A stretch of 64,000 nucleotides of DNA from Marsupella aquatica (lineage: Eukaryota > Plantae > Marchantiophyta). Numbering within the stretch: the stretch's first letter is position 1; each line of letters starts with the position of its first letter. The DNA is taken from the NCBI GenBank assembly GCA_973895155.1, contig OZ316897.1, forward strand, positions 18,138,457 to 18,202,456. The letters run 5' to 3'. The notes beneath the pieces were generated by a model that worked only from the letters and a program-made list of their open reading frames with translations, was not told the origin of the DNA and made no database searches. A program made the position numbers and the translations under genes. Positions 36,601 through 49,090 of this stretch are shown one piece after another.

Positions 36601-38875
36601 GGACAATTGTAAATTTGAGAATGCAAAAATATATTTATTATAAGTAGTCTAGTCCTAATTCATTTACAAAAGATGAACATGGTGGTATGTATAATGGCCA
36701 TGGCCTTTTTTTCTTGTTAAAATGTACATTTTTTGAAAGTAGCAAATACACTTTATATTGCTCAAATATAGGTTACTAGTGTCATAATAAGCAATGTAAA
36801 ACCATCTTGAGTTGGCTAAGCAAATATGACTGTGCACATATAAGGAGCACAATGCGACCACTGTTACTGGTGAACTTATGGTTGGATCTTTATTGACCAA
36901 TACATATAAGAATATAATGAGATGGCTATATGGTGAATCCACCTTTCAACATTTTGTCTTATTCAAACTTCTTTTCTGATGTATTTTTAATTCAATGTGT
37001 CCCTACCAAGGTGCATCCCTTGTCTAGTTTAGATTTTTATTCTGGCACCCCTCTAAAGTTTTTAATCTTTGCTATATTTAAGATCATCCACCCTTTAATA
37101 AGGGTCACTGAATTTCTAGCCCTTATTCTCATGAATGAAGAAGAAATGATCTAAATAAAGTGCACTCGTTGTGTCTTTAAGTTCTACTCAAGGTTTTGTG
37201 TCCTACATTTATGGTTTTAATTAATTTGAGTGTCATTGCCTAAAGTAAGTACATAAATATCTCTACTGGTGTACAGTATGTGCACAGCCCAATATCATAG
37301 ACTTAAACTCCATCATTATTACTTTTCTTTAAATGTATACTTTTACTCTTGTACCTTATGTGCACAACATCTTCCTAGTCAATGTCATGTTTATATTTGC
37401 CACAAAAAAATTAGATCACCTGCATTTCACTAAAAACAAAAAAGGAAGCATGTTCCAACATGAACATGCTATATACATACATACACGCTAGTTCAATACA
37501 ATCGAAACGTTTTCTACATACTTCTAGACTAATCATTTACATGTACGTACTCACACAGCTCTTTAATTTTAGGATTGAGAATTGAGAGTTAGTCCAAGCT
37601 CACAGTGAAGAATTAATAACTTAGTTAAGGACGAGTAAACGGCGAACCTGCAAAACCATATCCGCACAATACGATACGACCAGAAGTAACTGGCGTTTGG
37701 AGTTGACCCTTGAGCCGAGATCGATACTCCTTGTTGATCCTAAGCTCTTCGTTGATTTGTCCCTGCCTGGATTCCAAACCAGTTTGGCCAAGCCTGATCT
37801 TCTCTAATCCGGTATCGCTGTTTTGGAGCAGATCCAGCAGAGACTCATAGACGTCTTCTCCAATCAGCCCGTCACATCCCCACAAGTAGAGCTCCGTGAG
37901 GGTACTATTTGCTTTTAGGGCGGGAATAATTGTCTCGGTCCAATCTGTAGGCAGGAATGGCGAGGTCTTGGCGCAGTCTGTGCTTTCAAGTCCTAAAGCG
38001 CGCAGGGACTTGTTTGTTTTGATCATATGTGTCACGGACTCCAGACACTCCCGATTTGGGCCACTTAAGTACAAACGTTCCAAAGATGTGTTCTTCGGGC
38101 AGTTGGCATTCGGTTCACCTTGCCCCACGTCCGGGGATAGTGGCTGGAGTAACATCTTCATTCCTTCTCTCCCAGTAGCTTCAACTCCAACACCTAAAGT
38201 CCTCAATGTAGAGTTGCTCGCCAAGACCGAGGACATCTGTTTTGCGCCTTTTAGAGACATACCATTGTCAAAAAGGTCCAAACACTTGATTGTAGCGTTA
38301 TTGATCAGAAATTCAGCTACACACGAGATTCCTTCATCCAGCAGGCGGTTTTCCTGGAGATGGAGTGTTTCGAGAGTCTTGTTTGACTTTAGCCCATGCA
38401 GTAGGCATCTCACACCAGCACTTCCCATGTCGACCTCGCCCAAGGAAAGATCGCGCAAAGACGAATTGGTTGCCAAGGCATGGGCCAAGAGCCCGCACCC
38501 CTTGACAGTACCAAACACTTTCATGTTGTATAAGGCAAGAACTGTGATATTGGTGTTGGAACACAAGTTGACACAAAGAGCAGCTGCCTCGTTCACGGTC
38601 ATAGCCCGAACGTCTGCACTGGGGAAGACTGTCTTGGTAAGTGAAATGTCGCGACCGATCGTAGCAAGAACCACAGCTCTCGCCGACTCAGGAGTTGTCA
38701 GGCTATTCAACTTTCCCAGTTCGAAGCTATCTTCACTGCTTTTGACCTCACTCAGCGTATCAACAATACTCTGTTCCGAACATCCTGCTCCACGAAGAGC
38801 AGCCTCCATGCCCAGTTCTCCAACTCCGCTCCAATAAGCCACGGCTTCATCCCAGTCGCTGCTACTTGTGGCCAT
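33637..38875 (-). CDS. LRR-Roc-COR (ROCO) GTPase, TORNADO1-like; 3 exons, 1236 aa
   Basis: Exons 38875-37648, 36321-34976 and 34773-33637 with GT-AG introns. RNI-type LRRs (NSSLRDLSL, NKTLETLHL, NSTLRTLGV, NKSLRALGL). P-loop GYGFAG|KT rebuilt across intron 1, G2 RTRG, G3 WDFAGQ, G4 TKTD. COR region (NPSWFG, FMPALF, GFFPRLQ|VHL). TRN1-like C-terminus LHLLCDH...HKVEGQPG and IGWVCDRH. Confidence 0.92.
36925..37500. repeat. Dispersed repeat inside ROCO intron 1 (inverted match to about 7540-8420, without the MITE)
   Basis: For example CTATATGGTGAATCCA...TTTTGTCTT near 36930 mirrors 8385-8420. Intron 1 also holds an about 108-bp tandem pair at about 36440-36657. Confidence 0.75.
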
Positions 38876-39262
38876 CTTGAACCCAGTTTCGAACTACTTG
38901 CAATCAACCGAAGATTCAGCAGCCCTTTTCGTTGAACGAATTCCGTGAGGATATCCCTTCTCGGACTGGGATACAGCAGAAGCCAGTACGAAGAGACTCC
39001 CTGGCTTCCAAATTTCAGCGTCCTGCGCCGGACTCAATTTGCAGAAATCAGTACGCATCACACGTTTCCATAGAGTAACAACGCACGTACACCTTCCAAT
39101 GGTTTCTACAGTACTATCTTTTTGTTGCTTGGAGTGTGTTTCTATCGCATGTTGAGCAACACAGTTCCACGGATGATGAGATTTCGTGCAGATACAACAC
39201 AGGTACCCCAGCACGATCAATTCTGAGTACTTGACGTATTGAGTAACAAGAACAGAACTATT

Positions 39263-39418
39263 ACTTAGCAATGCAATGGTTAGCGAGCACTTTCTATCGT
39301 CTAGAATCGAAACTGTGATCAATATTTGGTACACAAAGCAACTTAGCAATGCAATGGTTAGCGAGCACTTTCTATCGTCTAGAATCGAAACTGTGATCAA
39401 TATTTGGTACACAAAGCA
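39263..39418. repeat. Perfect 78-bp tandem duplication about 390-540 bp upstream of the ROCO ATG
   Basis: ACTTAGCAATGCAATGG...GGTACACAAAGCA twice; single copy in the paralog at about 17370-17445. Confidence 0.95.
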
Positions 39419-41036
39419 CCTCCTGCTCAGTCTGAGCAGATCAATATTTTGAAAATATAGATCACCAAGTAAAACATTTGGCCATGACCAATTTCAGTGT
39501 CCAAAGCAGCAATTGCATTGGTCGCAAGTACACGCACGTCATCAGAAATCGAAGTTGATCGGCTATGGATTCCCAAGCGACAGACGGATGGAATGGATGG
39601 AACAACTACCAAACAACAGCGATATCTCCAAGTGATAGGAATAATCTGTGCGCAGCCCCGCAATGTGATTATGCGGGGTCTCTATTAAGCAGGACTCGGG
39701 CAGCTCGATCTGGACGGAAAAGCTTCGGAAGTAGTCCACAAACTTCTTTGTCTTGTGGGGATGACAAGTGCCGAATGGAATCTGTCTGGCTAAACTCCAG
39801 GACCAAGTCCTCTAGTTACCATAGATGACGGTCGATCGTGGAACCACTACCTCTGTCAATTGCCAGGATCGGTAACATGAATTATGACTCTCACCTGAAA
39901 GATTAGCTCCTGATCAGTCCGTTGCTCTCTTTGAGCGTAGGCTCCGATTATGTAAGCTGGAGCCCGTCACTTCCAAATCGAAACGCTTCGCCTTTGCCTG
40001 CAAGTCGCCAACAGCCTCCTGTCTGCCACAAGACGGACCATAATCATCAGGCAGGAAATCTCAAATACCATTGTGAAGTGTGTAGAATAGAAGATGTCAC
40101 AAATAGAAGTCAGAGAGAAGCAACGGACCCTTGACACTCGAGACAAACTGACATCATAGCGTGCAGCAACCAACCAGCTCGAGACTTTTATGCCTAACAA
40201 ATCCAATCTTGGATGTCTAGTATCGGATGAATCCAGTGAGAGAGGGTTGATTGGACGTTGTGTAAGAGCAAAACGTGGACCGGAACTTGGGCCGATCGTG
40301 ATTATGAAAATAATATTACCATCTATCAACGAAATGGTGGTTTTGACAGTGTCGTAGTTGTATATAGTAGCTCGGCTCCATCCAGAAGGGGATCTGAAGT
40401 TGACAGTGTATCACCATAGAGACTTAAACACCAAAGGGAATGCATTCGACCATCGGTGTAATGAACTGCATCAACAGTCTGTAAATCGCGTTCACTGTGC
40501 TAGCGTATGCGCCTGCAGCATCCGAACAGATAGTCGGCTCCTGAACTTGAAATTTCTGCCTGCACGAGCCACACTACTAGTCCCGACGGAAACACGGTCT
40601 ACAGCGTTCGGTTTCTATTTGTGGAGAGTGTGCCGATCGAGGACTCTCTAATGGTTCCGCTTCCTCCACAGAGAGTCTAGGAGAGAAGTATGGCTTTCAT
40701 TTCCCGTCCGATTCAAGTGGACTAATTGCTTGTGAAAGCAGATTGCCAATCCCCCTCTCCCTCCGTCTGGTCCCTGTCGGATCCCTGGGTATTACCCCCT
40801 TGTGGGCTACCCTACAGAGGTGCATGCTCCCGAGTTGGTCCGATATGTGCTTCGGGTTTGAAGGCAAAAAAAGAAAGTAGATTGCTAATCGATTCCAAGT
40901 GACTGCCCAGGGCAGCAAGGCATATTCCCATTGACTAAACTGTCCACGACCTCGCGAAGGTCCTCCTGAATGAACTGTAGTCCTATAGTACTGTTCTAGC
41001 CTTGGTGTCCAGCTGGGATCACCTACAGACTATGAT

Positions 41037-41262
41037 AAGCCGGACTTCATATTTAGTTCTCTGCAAATGTAGACCACTCAGTGATCCTGGGGGTTTCACT
41101 TCCACAAAAAATGGCAGGGTTTCATTTCCACAAAAATGGCATATCACATGAGCCGGACTTCATATTTAGTTCTCTGCAAATGTAAACCACTCAGTGAACC
41201 TCGGGGTTTCACTTCCACAAAAATGGCAAGGTTTCACTTCCACAAAAATGGCATATCACATG
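41037..41262. repeat. About 114-bp tandem duplication spanning the left end of MITE copy 2
   Basis: AGCCGGACTTCATATTTAGTTCTCTGCAAATGT...GGCATATCACATG twice. Confidence 0.85.
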
Positions 41263-41506
41263 TGCCACAAAGGATAGTATCATTTTATTGGTTTTGAAAA
41301 AACACTTAATAATTTTTGTAGAAAAATAATAGGGTCTTTTAAAATCAATTTCGATACTTATAAAAATATTCTTTTTAATATAATTTTTGAAATATTCCAA
41401 TAATATTCTAATTTTATAATGATTAAAAAATTATTATTTTTTCTTACATTTTATGCCTAAAAACATCGCAGGTGATGAGAAGTCCCCATATAGTGAGACC
41501 CCCGAG
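41200..41506. mobile_element. hAT-type MITE, copy 2
   Basis: Same TIRs as 7685-7981; 8-bp TSD CAGTGAAC / CAATGAAC (one mismatch). Confidence 0.8.
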
Positions 41507-42909
41507 CAATGAACAAAGGATGACAGATCCGTGACACAGCTTGCATGACGTATCCGTCGTTTTGAAATCGAAATAAAGGCGTTTTCCGAATTTACAAAAA
41601 AAGGAGGAAAGAAACTATCTAGACTCAGGAAACTAAAATCAAACTGTGGAGGTCTGTGGCACTACAGACGCTTACCGTCTGCACCAAGGCAGCTACATTC
41701 CACGACGAAAACGTTGCGTACTCTAGGTCTATCGTATTTCCAGTTGCACAGTTAATTGTAAGAACTATTAAAGTTGATGCTTGACCAGCTTACAATTCGG
41801 GGAAGTTCCGGTTTCTGTAACCTCAGCTGCGACGCTTCTCACAAATCGACCAAGTCAATCAAACAATTGTCACTTGTCGAATAGAAAGGTCACGATTGGT
41901 TAACAAAGAGATAGACAATCACTTTCCTCAGAGTGGAAAGGACAATTTTATTTACTTGTAAAATTATTACTACATTGATTGCACGCCCTTATGCATGTGA
42001 TTATCTTGTAAAACATGTAGTATGGAAGCTTTTCGCCTAAATATCATGTGCTACGCTCTCTACGTATTGAAGACTCGCGGAAGAAGTCATATCAGTTAAG
42101 TTCTCAAAGCGGATGACAATTGTCGAAAAACAGATGCGCAACTATATGGTAGGCATCATAGCACTTCCAGAGAATTTGTTTTGTCACTGTTTTCCTGATT
42201 GAATCGCACTAGTACATTTGAAAGTCCAGCAGTCGAGCAATTGAGAGCAGGTCTTCAATTGTCCAAGATGACATCTCTAATGTCCGATGAGGATCCTTGT
42301 TTTGTAACACCGGGACAGATGCAACAAGCAATTGCCGTGACATCATGAGCGACTTAGGATTCCAACTTGATGAATGTCAAAGTTTAGCAAATGACAAAAA
42401 TATAATGTTCTTAAGTTCGATTTGAGCGACCATAACAGAAGTTCTTTCACCAAGATGATTGTCTAATCTTGGTTCAAGCAGAAGGAGACTGTTATATCCT
42501 TACACGATCATCCATGTCCTAATGGCAAACGAGGCCTGGCGTTTTAATTCAGGAGCTCTGTTGTCAATGTTATACGTAGCCAATGAAAGGACTATAATGT
42601 TTAGACATACACTGAACTCGTACTGGAATCGGTTCTACTCTGTTTTAGGGATCAGATTCTGATGGTGACTGGTTCCAGCATGAAAGAAATACTTTGTTTG
42701 AACATCCATGAAGAAAGCTTGATCTCCAGTAAAAAAATTCAGTTACAACTCATATTCGCAAGAAGATTTCTCTAGTTTCCTCTATGAGTGTCTGTTGTGA
42801 AGCAAAAAAGAGAGAACAAGAACGATTTACGCGATAATCTCCATGACAGTGCGTGCAGAAGAAATAATTCCAAAGATATAACCAAAGATAGTGCCGCAAA
42901 GATATTTTG

Positions 42910-43360
42910 TTTAAGACCGCGAGTAAGTCTCAAACTCACTCTTCTATTGTGAGAGCGGTCGGGCCTTTCCGATACCTCACCTCTTCAAATTGGGCATTGG
43001 CAGCGTGTATCTAAAGAATCAAAGTTGTTCAACTCTGAGCTAATCCGTTCCCTTAGTTCCCACTCACTTTGAAATGCACAAGGGACAGCGCCTGTCAGAT
43101 TTCCCTCGGCGCCACCATATCGTTACCACCTGGCTTACTAACCTGTTCTGAAGATCCAATGAACCCCCAAACTGTCATCTACGACTTTAAGCCAGACCCA
43201 CATTCGTACACCTGGTCGCATCCACTTCTGTTCATTCCCCTGAAGATGGCTGGCGGCAATCAGCATAGTAATCTTGTAGTAGCTCTGGTCCAAATAATCT
43301 TCTAGGCTGATGTCGAAGTCAAACCTAGCTTGCTTTATTTCGCCACCAAGGGACGCCAAT
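42910..43360 (-). pseudogene. Solanesyl/polyprenyl diphosphate synthase gene fragment (C-terminal half, multiple frameshifts)
   Basis: GGEIKQARFDFDISLEDYLDQSYYKITMLIAAS, AIFRG...CDQVYECG, VVDD, KPGGND, GNLTGAV, ELRERISSE. These track plant SPS (GEIKQ..LFD.D..LE.Y..KSYYKTASLIAAS...FQVVDDILD...GKPAGSDL..GNLTAPV). Confidence 0.8.
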
Positions 43361-45317
43361 TTGAGAAGGGTTGCAAATCCAATTCGGTGCAAAGGTCGGC
43401 CACCCTACCTGCTCGTTCGTGTAACCAATATATTTCAATCTCCAGAGTCTCATTCCTGAACCCCTACAAATTAAACAAAAGCAATTATTTCAGAGGACAT
43501 ACTAAAGAGAGTCCTCATTCTGCACTAGGCTGTCACCTCCTGGCCATAAAATTCCATGCAGTCTGCACAAACCAGCATTCCCTCACAAACACCACCAATC
43601 AGCTCCTCTTGCTGTCTAGCTCTCAGCCCTCCGATCACATTGCCATATGCCCCTAGCTGCTGAATCAAATCCTACGATGTCTATTGGTCCCATGATCCAC
43701 CAACAAGAGAAACAACATGTCACAACATCAAATGCCAATTAGATCTCTCCAACACTGTATCAAGAGAGAAATTCTATTGCGGACAAGCATCTGATCAATC
43801 AGTAACATTTTCTCAAGACAGCCATTGTATGGTACAATCCATTTGGAGCTGCACTGGGTTAAGATGACGTCGAGCGTTCAGTCAATTCTCATGGGTGAGA
43901 ATAGCAAAGACGAATTATGTGTTTCCTAGAACACAACAGCAACAGGGTGGCTAGGTGGTGACAAAAGAGACCAAGCAGAGTTGGGAAACAAATAACAAAA
44001 ATTCATTTCTTGAAGTAATCCCATTCGACGTTCCTGAACATTGGAGCCATTAAGAGTGTACAGGAAGCAGATTACGCTACAGGAGCTTGATAGAGACGAG
44101 GAAATAAGACCAACGACTGCAACATCTCTAGTTGGTTACTCACGGGTTCGTTTCCATTAATGAAGTGGTCAAGCTGGAAATAATATTAGACCAACGAGAC
44201 ACAGGATCCAGGAATAAAGGATTACTAGCAGGCCAGCACGAGGTCAGTTTTCAGCTCATTATATATAGGGAACAACGTGACTAGGAGGAAGAAAATTAAG
44301 GGCAAGAAGAACAAAAGATTATCAAGCAGGACGCAGGCTGCCCAAGTACGGAATTTGAAGAGGTAAACCCCGGTCTACAGGAAAGAGAATGGTATTTTGA
44401 GCTTATGGTGAACCAATCTTGCTTTGAAGTCGTGGACTGCATTTAGACCTGAACGACAAGAACGTCAGCAAAGAATTAGGAGAGTCTGACCCACAAGCAG
44501 AACTGACTTTCGAGAACTCTACTAGTTAGGACAGAAAATTCAAATAATCACCAGGTATTCCAATATTGTTAACTGAGCAAACATTGTCTACAAAATAGTC
44601 AAGGGCCTAATCAGGGTTCATGAGAACAATGGACGACTGAACGCAACATCCGGACGTTTTAGTGGGCATGGTTAGAAAATAAGAAAGAAGTGAGCACGGT
44701 TCCCCGAGAAGTCATGAATACAAAACTAGTCAACTGGACAGATGATTGCGACCATAAGTACGCAACGACCAACGCTGTCTTAACGATCTTGAAATTTTGA
44801 AACAATCAAAATAACAGAATGGAACATTTCAAATTAAACACAAATTTTACATATAAGAACATCAATCAAGGCAGCTGAAGCAAGCAGAGCACAGGAAACA
44901 ACATGCAGACCAATCTATCAAAGACAAATGTTGATGAAGTGAAACAATGTCACCAAATGAATACAGACTCAGAATTCCTGCCGGACATCAATAGGATTGC
45001 TTTGAAGTTTTCTTCCAAATTGTGCAAAGAAACGAAAGCCAAATTGAAGATTGGAAGCATCGACTTACATGCTCATATTTTTCAGTTGATTCTTCAATGG
45101 GTGCTGCCTTGTCAGATATCGCTGTGGGGTTACATATTTGCTTCTCACAGAACACTGGAGCTTCCTCCCGCTTCTTGTGCCCTGAGAGAGCCACTTGAAA
45201 TAAGACGCAAGTTTGTCATACGAAATGGGCAGACTGTTGGCAACGGCCTAGAAAAAATGTCCCACGCAGCCACCTCCAGCTCAACTAGACAACCTACCTT
45301 TATTATTGAATCTCTCT

Positions 45318-45652
45318 TGGGTCCAAATAATCTTCTAGGCTGATGTCGAAGTCAAACCTAGCTTGCTTTATTTCGCCACAAAGGGACGCCAATTTGAGAA
45401 GGATTGCAAATCCAATTCGGTGCAAAGGTCGGCCACCCTACCTGCTCGTTCGTGTAACCAATACATTTCAATCTCCGGAGTCTCATTCCTGAACCCCCAC
45501 AAATTAAACAGAAGCAATTATTTCAGAGAACATACTAAAGAGAGTCCTCATTCTGCACTAGGCTGTCACCTCCTGGCCATAAAATTCCGTGCAGTCTGCA
45601 CAAACCAGCATTTCCTCACAAAGACCACCAATCAGCTCCTCTTGCTGTCTAG
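45318..45652. repeat. Direct duplicate of 43285-43618 (includes part of the SPS fragment)
   Basis: Near-identical shadow ORFs 43330-43656 and 45363-45740 (MLYFATKGRQFEK...). Confidence 0.9.
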
Positions 45653-46439
45653 AGAATGCCCATCGTATAAGGCTTTGCAGGGCATTTTGAGATTTGTTCT
45701 TTACTTGTCTTTTTACCAAGTAAAGCTTCAATTTGCATAAAGTTTCATTGGGTTAATCTTGAATTGTGAAAGGCGGAGAAAACCAACAAAAATAGTAGTA
45801 GCTCAAACTTGGAATAGAAGCTCTAGTTTCGGGTGGCATCTCATAGCCCACAATGTCTTGAATGCTTATCTTGAGTGAGGAAACTAAAACAAACTGTGCA
45901 CGATTCCACGACGAAAACGTTGCGTACTGTAGCTAGGTACAACTCGAATTACCAGTTGTACAGATATGTGACTCTACAGTGTTGAACCCACGTATCATAT
46001 TAATTACCGTCTGATAATCATTCATCCAGTTCTTCTGAGGTAACACCATGTGCACAAGTGACACCCATAAAGGGGCACTGCATTGTTGTTCAGATCTGTA
46101 ACCTGAAGCTCCGCACTTCAGTTCGCACTCTTGCTTACAAAAATGATCAATGATATCGATCCCAAACGTTGACTATCCAGGCTCCCTCATCATTTAATTT
46201 ATATACTATATTAAGATAACCATCGTTCAACTTACAATAGTCTCCGATCCTTTTGTACCATTTTGGCTAATAGATGCATCTGACAGAGCCCCAACGATAC
46301 ACAGAGACGGGAGACGCTTGGATAAGTTGGACTACCCAACTTCTTGGGGTGGAAAAGAGAAACGTCCAGGATCCTATCTAAAAACAATCCAAAGATAGTG
46401 CCCAAAGAGATTTTTGTTTAAGACCTCAAGCCTTTCGAG

Positions 46440-46960
46440 ATGGAGACTACAGGAATCAGAGCTAAGGTCTACGCTGGGCCAAATGGTCCACATTCATGAA
46501 GGCACACAGCCAAATTAAAGGTTTTTGATATATCAAAATCTTGAAATATCTACTGAATTACTTTACATGTAAAACAAATGGGCCTGGAAGTTCAGTGGCC
46601 TGAAAGGAGTGCACTGTTGGAGGAAGGGATGCCGCACCAGCTACATGGAAGTCTGTCATCAAGTACTGAGCGAAGCAGAGGTCTGCCTGCCTCTGGCACT
46701 CCGGCGAATTCAGGTTGAGTATGGCAAGCTCTGTCTCACTCCCCTGCTATTCAAAATGCTGTCCAAGGGATGCCAGGAAGAAATCACCCAGTCAGGAGCT
46801 ATTGGACCCGAAATAGCAGAGCACTGGGACAACATTTTCAAGTAGATTTGCAATTCGAGGAAAAGAGTTCTTGGGAGGAAGTATGGTTGATCTCATGGCA
46901 CATAACATTGACAGTAGGTCGGAATGAGTCGAATGCAGTCATGTACAATGAAATTGGGGG
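46440..46960 (+). mobile_element. Possible highly decayed LINE ORF2 3' relic
   Basis: Only Trp-rich fragments (HCWRKG...; WLISWHITLTVGRNESNAVMYN) loosely resembling the LINE C-terminal W..W..RN motif; no tail or TSD found. Confidence 0.3.
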
Positions 46961-47599
46961 CCTGTCAGTTTGTGGAGTGTGAACAAATCTGTTCTTTCAA
47001 TAGTTACTACGTAGCTAAGATGCATCAATGCACAGAGTATCGAATGAGGTCAATATCTCATACTCTGAACAGAAAAACCAACGAAGATTTGAGGGGTTTG
47101 AGAGTCCGCTTTCGGAAAACGACAGTAGAGGTGACGTGTTGTCAGTTTTCTGCTCAGGTCAAATAAGAGAACTGAGGTTACTCTGAACAGAACTACTGTA
47201 CAGTTATCAAGTCGGATAACCATGCAAAGGTTATACATGCGGTTGGAAATGGAACGGCCTATTGTCATTATCTTTGGAACATTGTCGATTTTGTGGGGTA
47301 ACGGTACTTCCGTAATAAACAAATCTCTTCTTTCTGTGGATTCCGGAAGCAGGTAAACTCCATTGTCCTCGCCCAGTTCGACCTGTTGAACACTAGCAGA
47401 CATAATTTCAATTTTTGGTTTTCGAAATTGCACAGCTTGGGTCCCAATGTGCAGAGGACTTACTGGTCATATGTTAGAGATTCCAGAAGAGCTACCAAGA
47501 TATGAGTTGATTTGCTCGATTGCTCCACACCGTGCCCGATAGCTCAACTCCCAGTTGTACGAGGATTGGAGTTGACTGGGACTCCAACAACAGCACTAG

Positions 47600-47832
47600 C
47601 GGCGAGCTGCTTCCAATTTTCAGTAGTGCAAGAATTTGAGTAGATTGGGACTACAGCCTAGAGCGGGCAGCTACAGGCAAGGTGCTTCAGGCGAGCTGCT
47701 TTCAATTCTCAGCGTAGTGCAAGGATTTGAGTTGATTGGGACTACAGCCAGGAGCGGCAGGTAGATGCAAGGTGCTTTTAGTTCTCAGTAGATTTGGGAC
47801 TCTGGCAATCAACAGTAGAAGCAAGGTGCTGT
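47600..47832. repeat. Degenerate about 90-bp tandem repeat (about 2.5 units) immediately upstream of the SDR ATG
   Basis: GGCGAGCTGCTT.CAATT.TCAG...GATTGGGACTACAGCC...GCAAGGTGCT recurs near 47600 and 47690, with a partial unit near 47780. Confidence 0.75.
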
Positions 47833-47857
47833 CAAACCGTTACTGTGAGCCAGAAAC

Positions 47858-48784
47858 ATGGCAGCCCGCTGGTGGTCGAAAGACACAATCGCTCTGGTGA
47901 CAGGAGCCAACAAGGGAATAGGCTACGAAATCGTCCGCAAACTGGCAGAGGAAGGCGTGACCGTCATCTTAACAGCAAGAGACCCAACCAAGGGCCAAGA
48001 CGCCATTGACGCCTTGAAGACAGACACCGGGGTGCAATCGATCTTCTTCCATCCACTGGAAGTCCGGAGCTCAGAATCCGCATACACCCTAGCAAAGTGG
48101 GTGAAGGAGAAGTTCGGCGGACTCGACATTCTCGTCAACAATGCCGGAGTGAGCACGAACACCATCACTTACCAAGACGCCGAAGATGTCATAGGCACCA
48201 ATTACTACGGCGTCAAGATCGTCACCGAAGCTCTACTCCCTTTGCTGAAACCATCCCCGGCCGGAGCACGCATCGTCAACGTTTCCTCTAGAGCGGCGCT
48301 CTACGAGCGGCTGGGAGAGAGCTTGAAGAAGCAATTCCGGGACGAGGAGAGCTATTCCGTGGAGTTGATGGACTCGTTGGCTGCGAAGTACCTCGAGGAC
48401 AGCAAAGCGGGACGAATGGAGGAGGAAGGGTGGATCGTGGGCCCAGACGAGTGTCCCAAGCTGAAGGAGCCGATCTACAGCGAGTCGAAGATGTTCATGA
48501 ACGGATACACATTCACCTTGGCAAAGAAATTCGCCAAATCTCAGCCTGTGGGGCACCAAATTTACGTGGTGGGATTTTGCCCCGGATTGGTGAACACAGA
48601 CATGCTGGCCTCAGCTCTGAAAGGGGGGTTTAAGCCGCCTCCCGTGCCGATGAAGACGGCTGCGGAAGGAGCTGATACGGGCGTGTGGCTGGCTCTGATG
48701 CCCAAGGAGGAGATCGAAGCAAAGAATGGGAAGCTGTTCGGCGAGAGAGAGGAGTATGCTTTCGGCTGGATCATATCGTTTTAG
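47858..48784 (+). CDS. Classical short-chain dehydrogenase/reductase, carbonyl reductase / neomenthol dehydrogenase-like; single exon, 308 aa
   Basis: RWWSKDTIALVTGANKGIG (TGxxxGxG), LTARD, LVNNAG, IVNVSS, catalytic YSESK (YxxxK), CPGLVNTDM, EGADTGVWLAL. Confidence 0.95.
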   Translation: MAARWWSKDTIALVTGANKGIGYEIVRKLAEEGVTVILTARDPTKGQDAIDALKTDTGVQSIFFHPLEVRSSESAYTLAKWVKEKFGGLDILVNNAGVSTNTITYQDAEDVIGTNYYGVKIVTEALLPLLKPSPAGARIVNVSSRAALYERLGESLKKQFRDEESYSVELMDSLAAKYLEDSKAGRMEEEGWIVGPDECPKLKEPIYSESKMFMNGYTFTLAKKFAKSQPVGHQIYVVGFCPGLVNTDMLASALKGGFKPPPVPMKTAAEGADTGVWLALMPKEEIEAKNGKLFGEREEYAFGWIISF

Positions 48785-49090
48785 CTGCGTGAAGAGTGCG
48801 ACACTCAGGTCTCAAGTTTGCTGCTTTCATTCCTCTGTGCCATGGATGAGCAGAACGTTCGGCATACTTGTCGAAGCGTTGGGTTTTGCTGCTACTGGAC
48901 CTTACAAGCAAATGTTGACTGAAAGAGTACTTGAGAGAATGATAATTACGGGTTTCCAAGGAGTACAAGGAATGTTGCACCACCTCTCCAAGGCCCGTCC
49001 TGTACCACAAAGAGGGGTTACACCAATGCACATTTCTAGGGCTTCTATAGGTTTACATGGTCTTTCAATTAATCCTACATGGTCTTTCAA

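Noticed and set aside
37896-38837. 313-aa plus-strand ORF
   Set aside because: Antisense shadow of ROCO exon 1 (LRR codon pattern); non-ATG start and no domain motifs.
38894-39412. 172-aa minus-strand ORF upstream of ROCO with an internal repeat
   Set aside because: The repeat is the 78-bp DNA duplication; non-ATG start and no recognisable protein.
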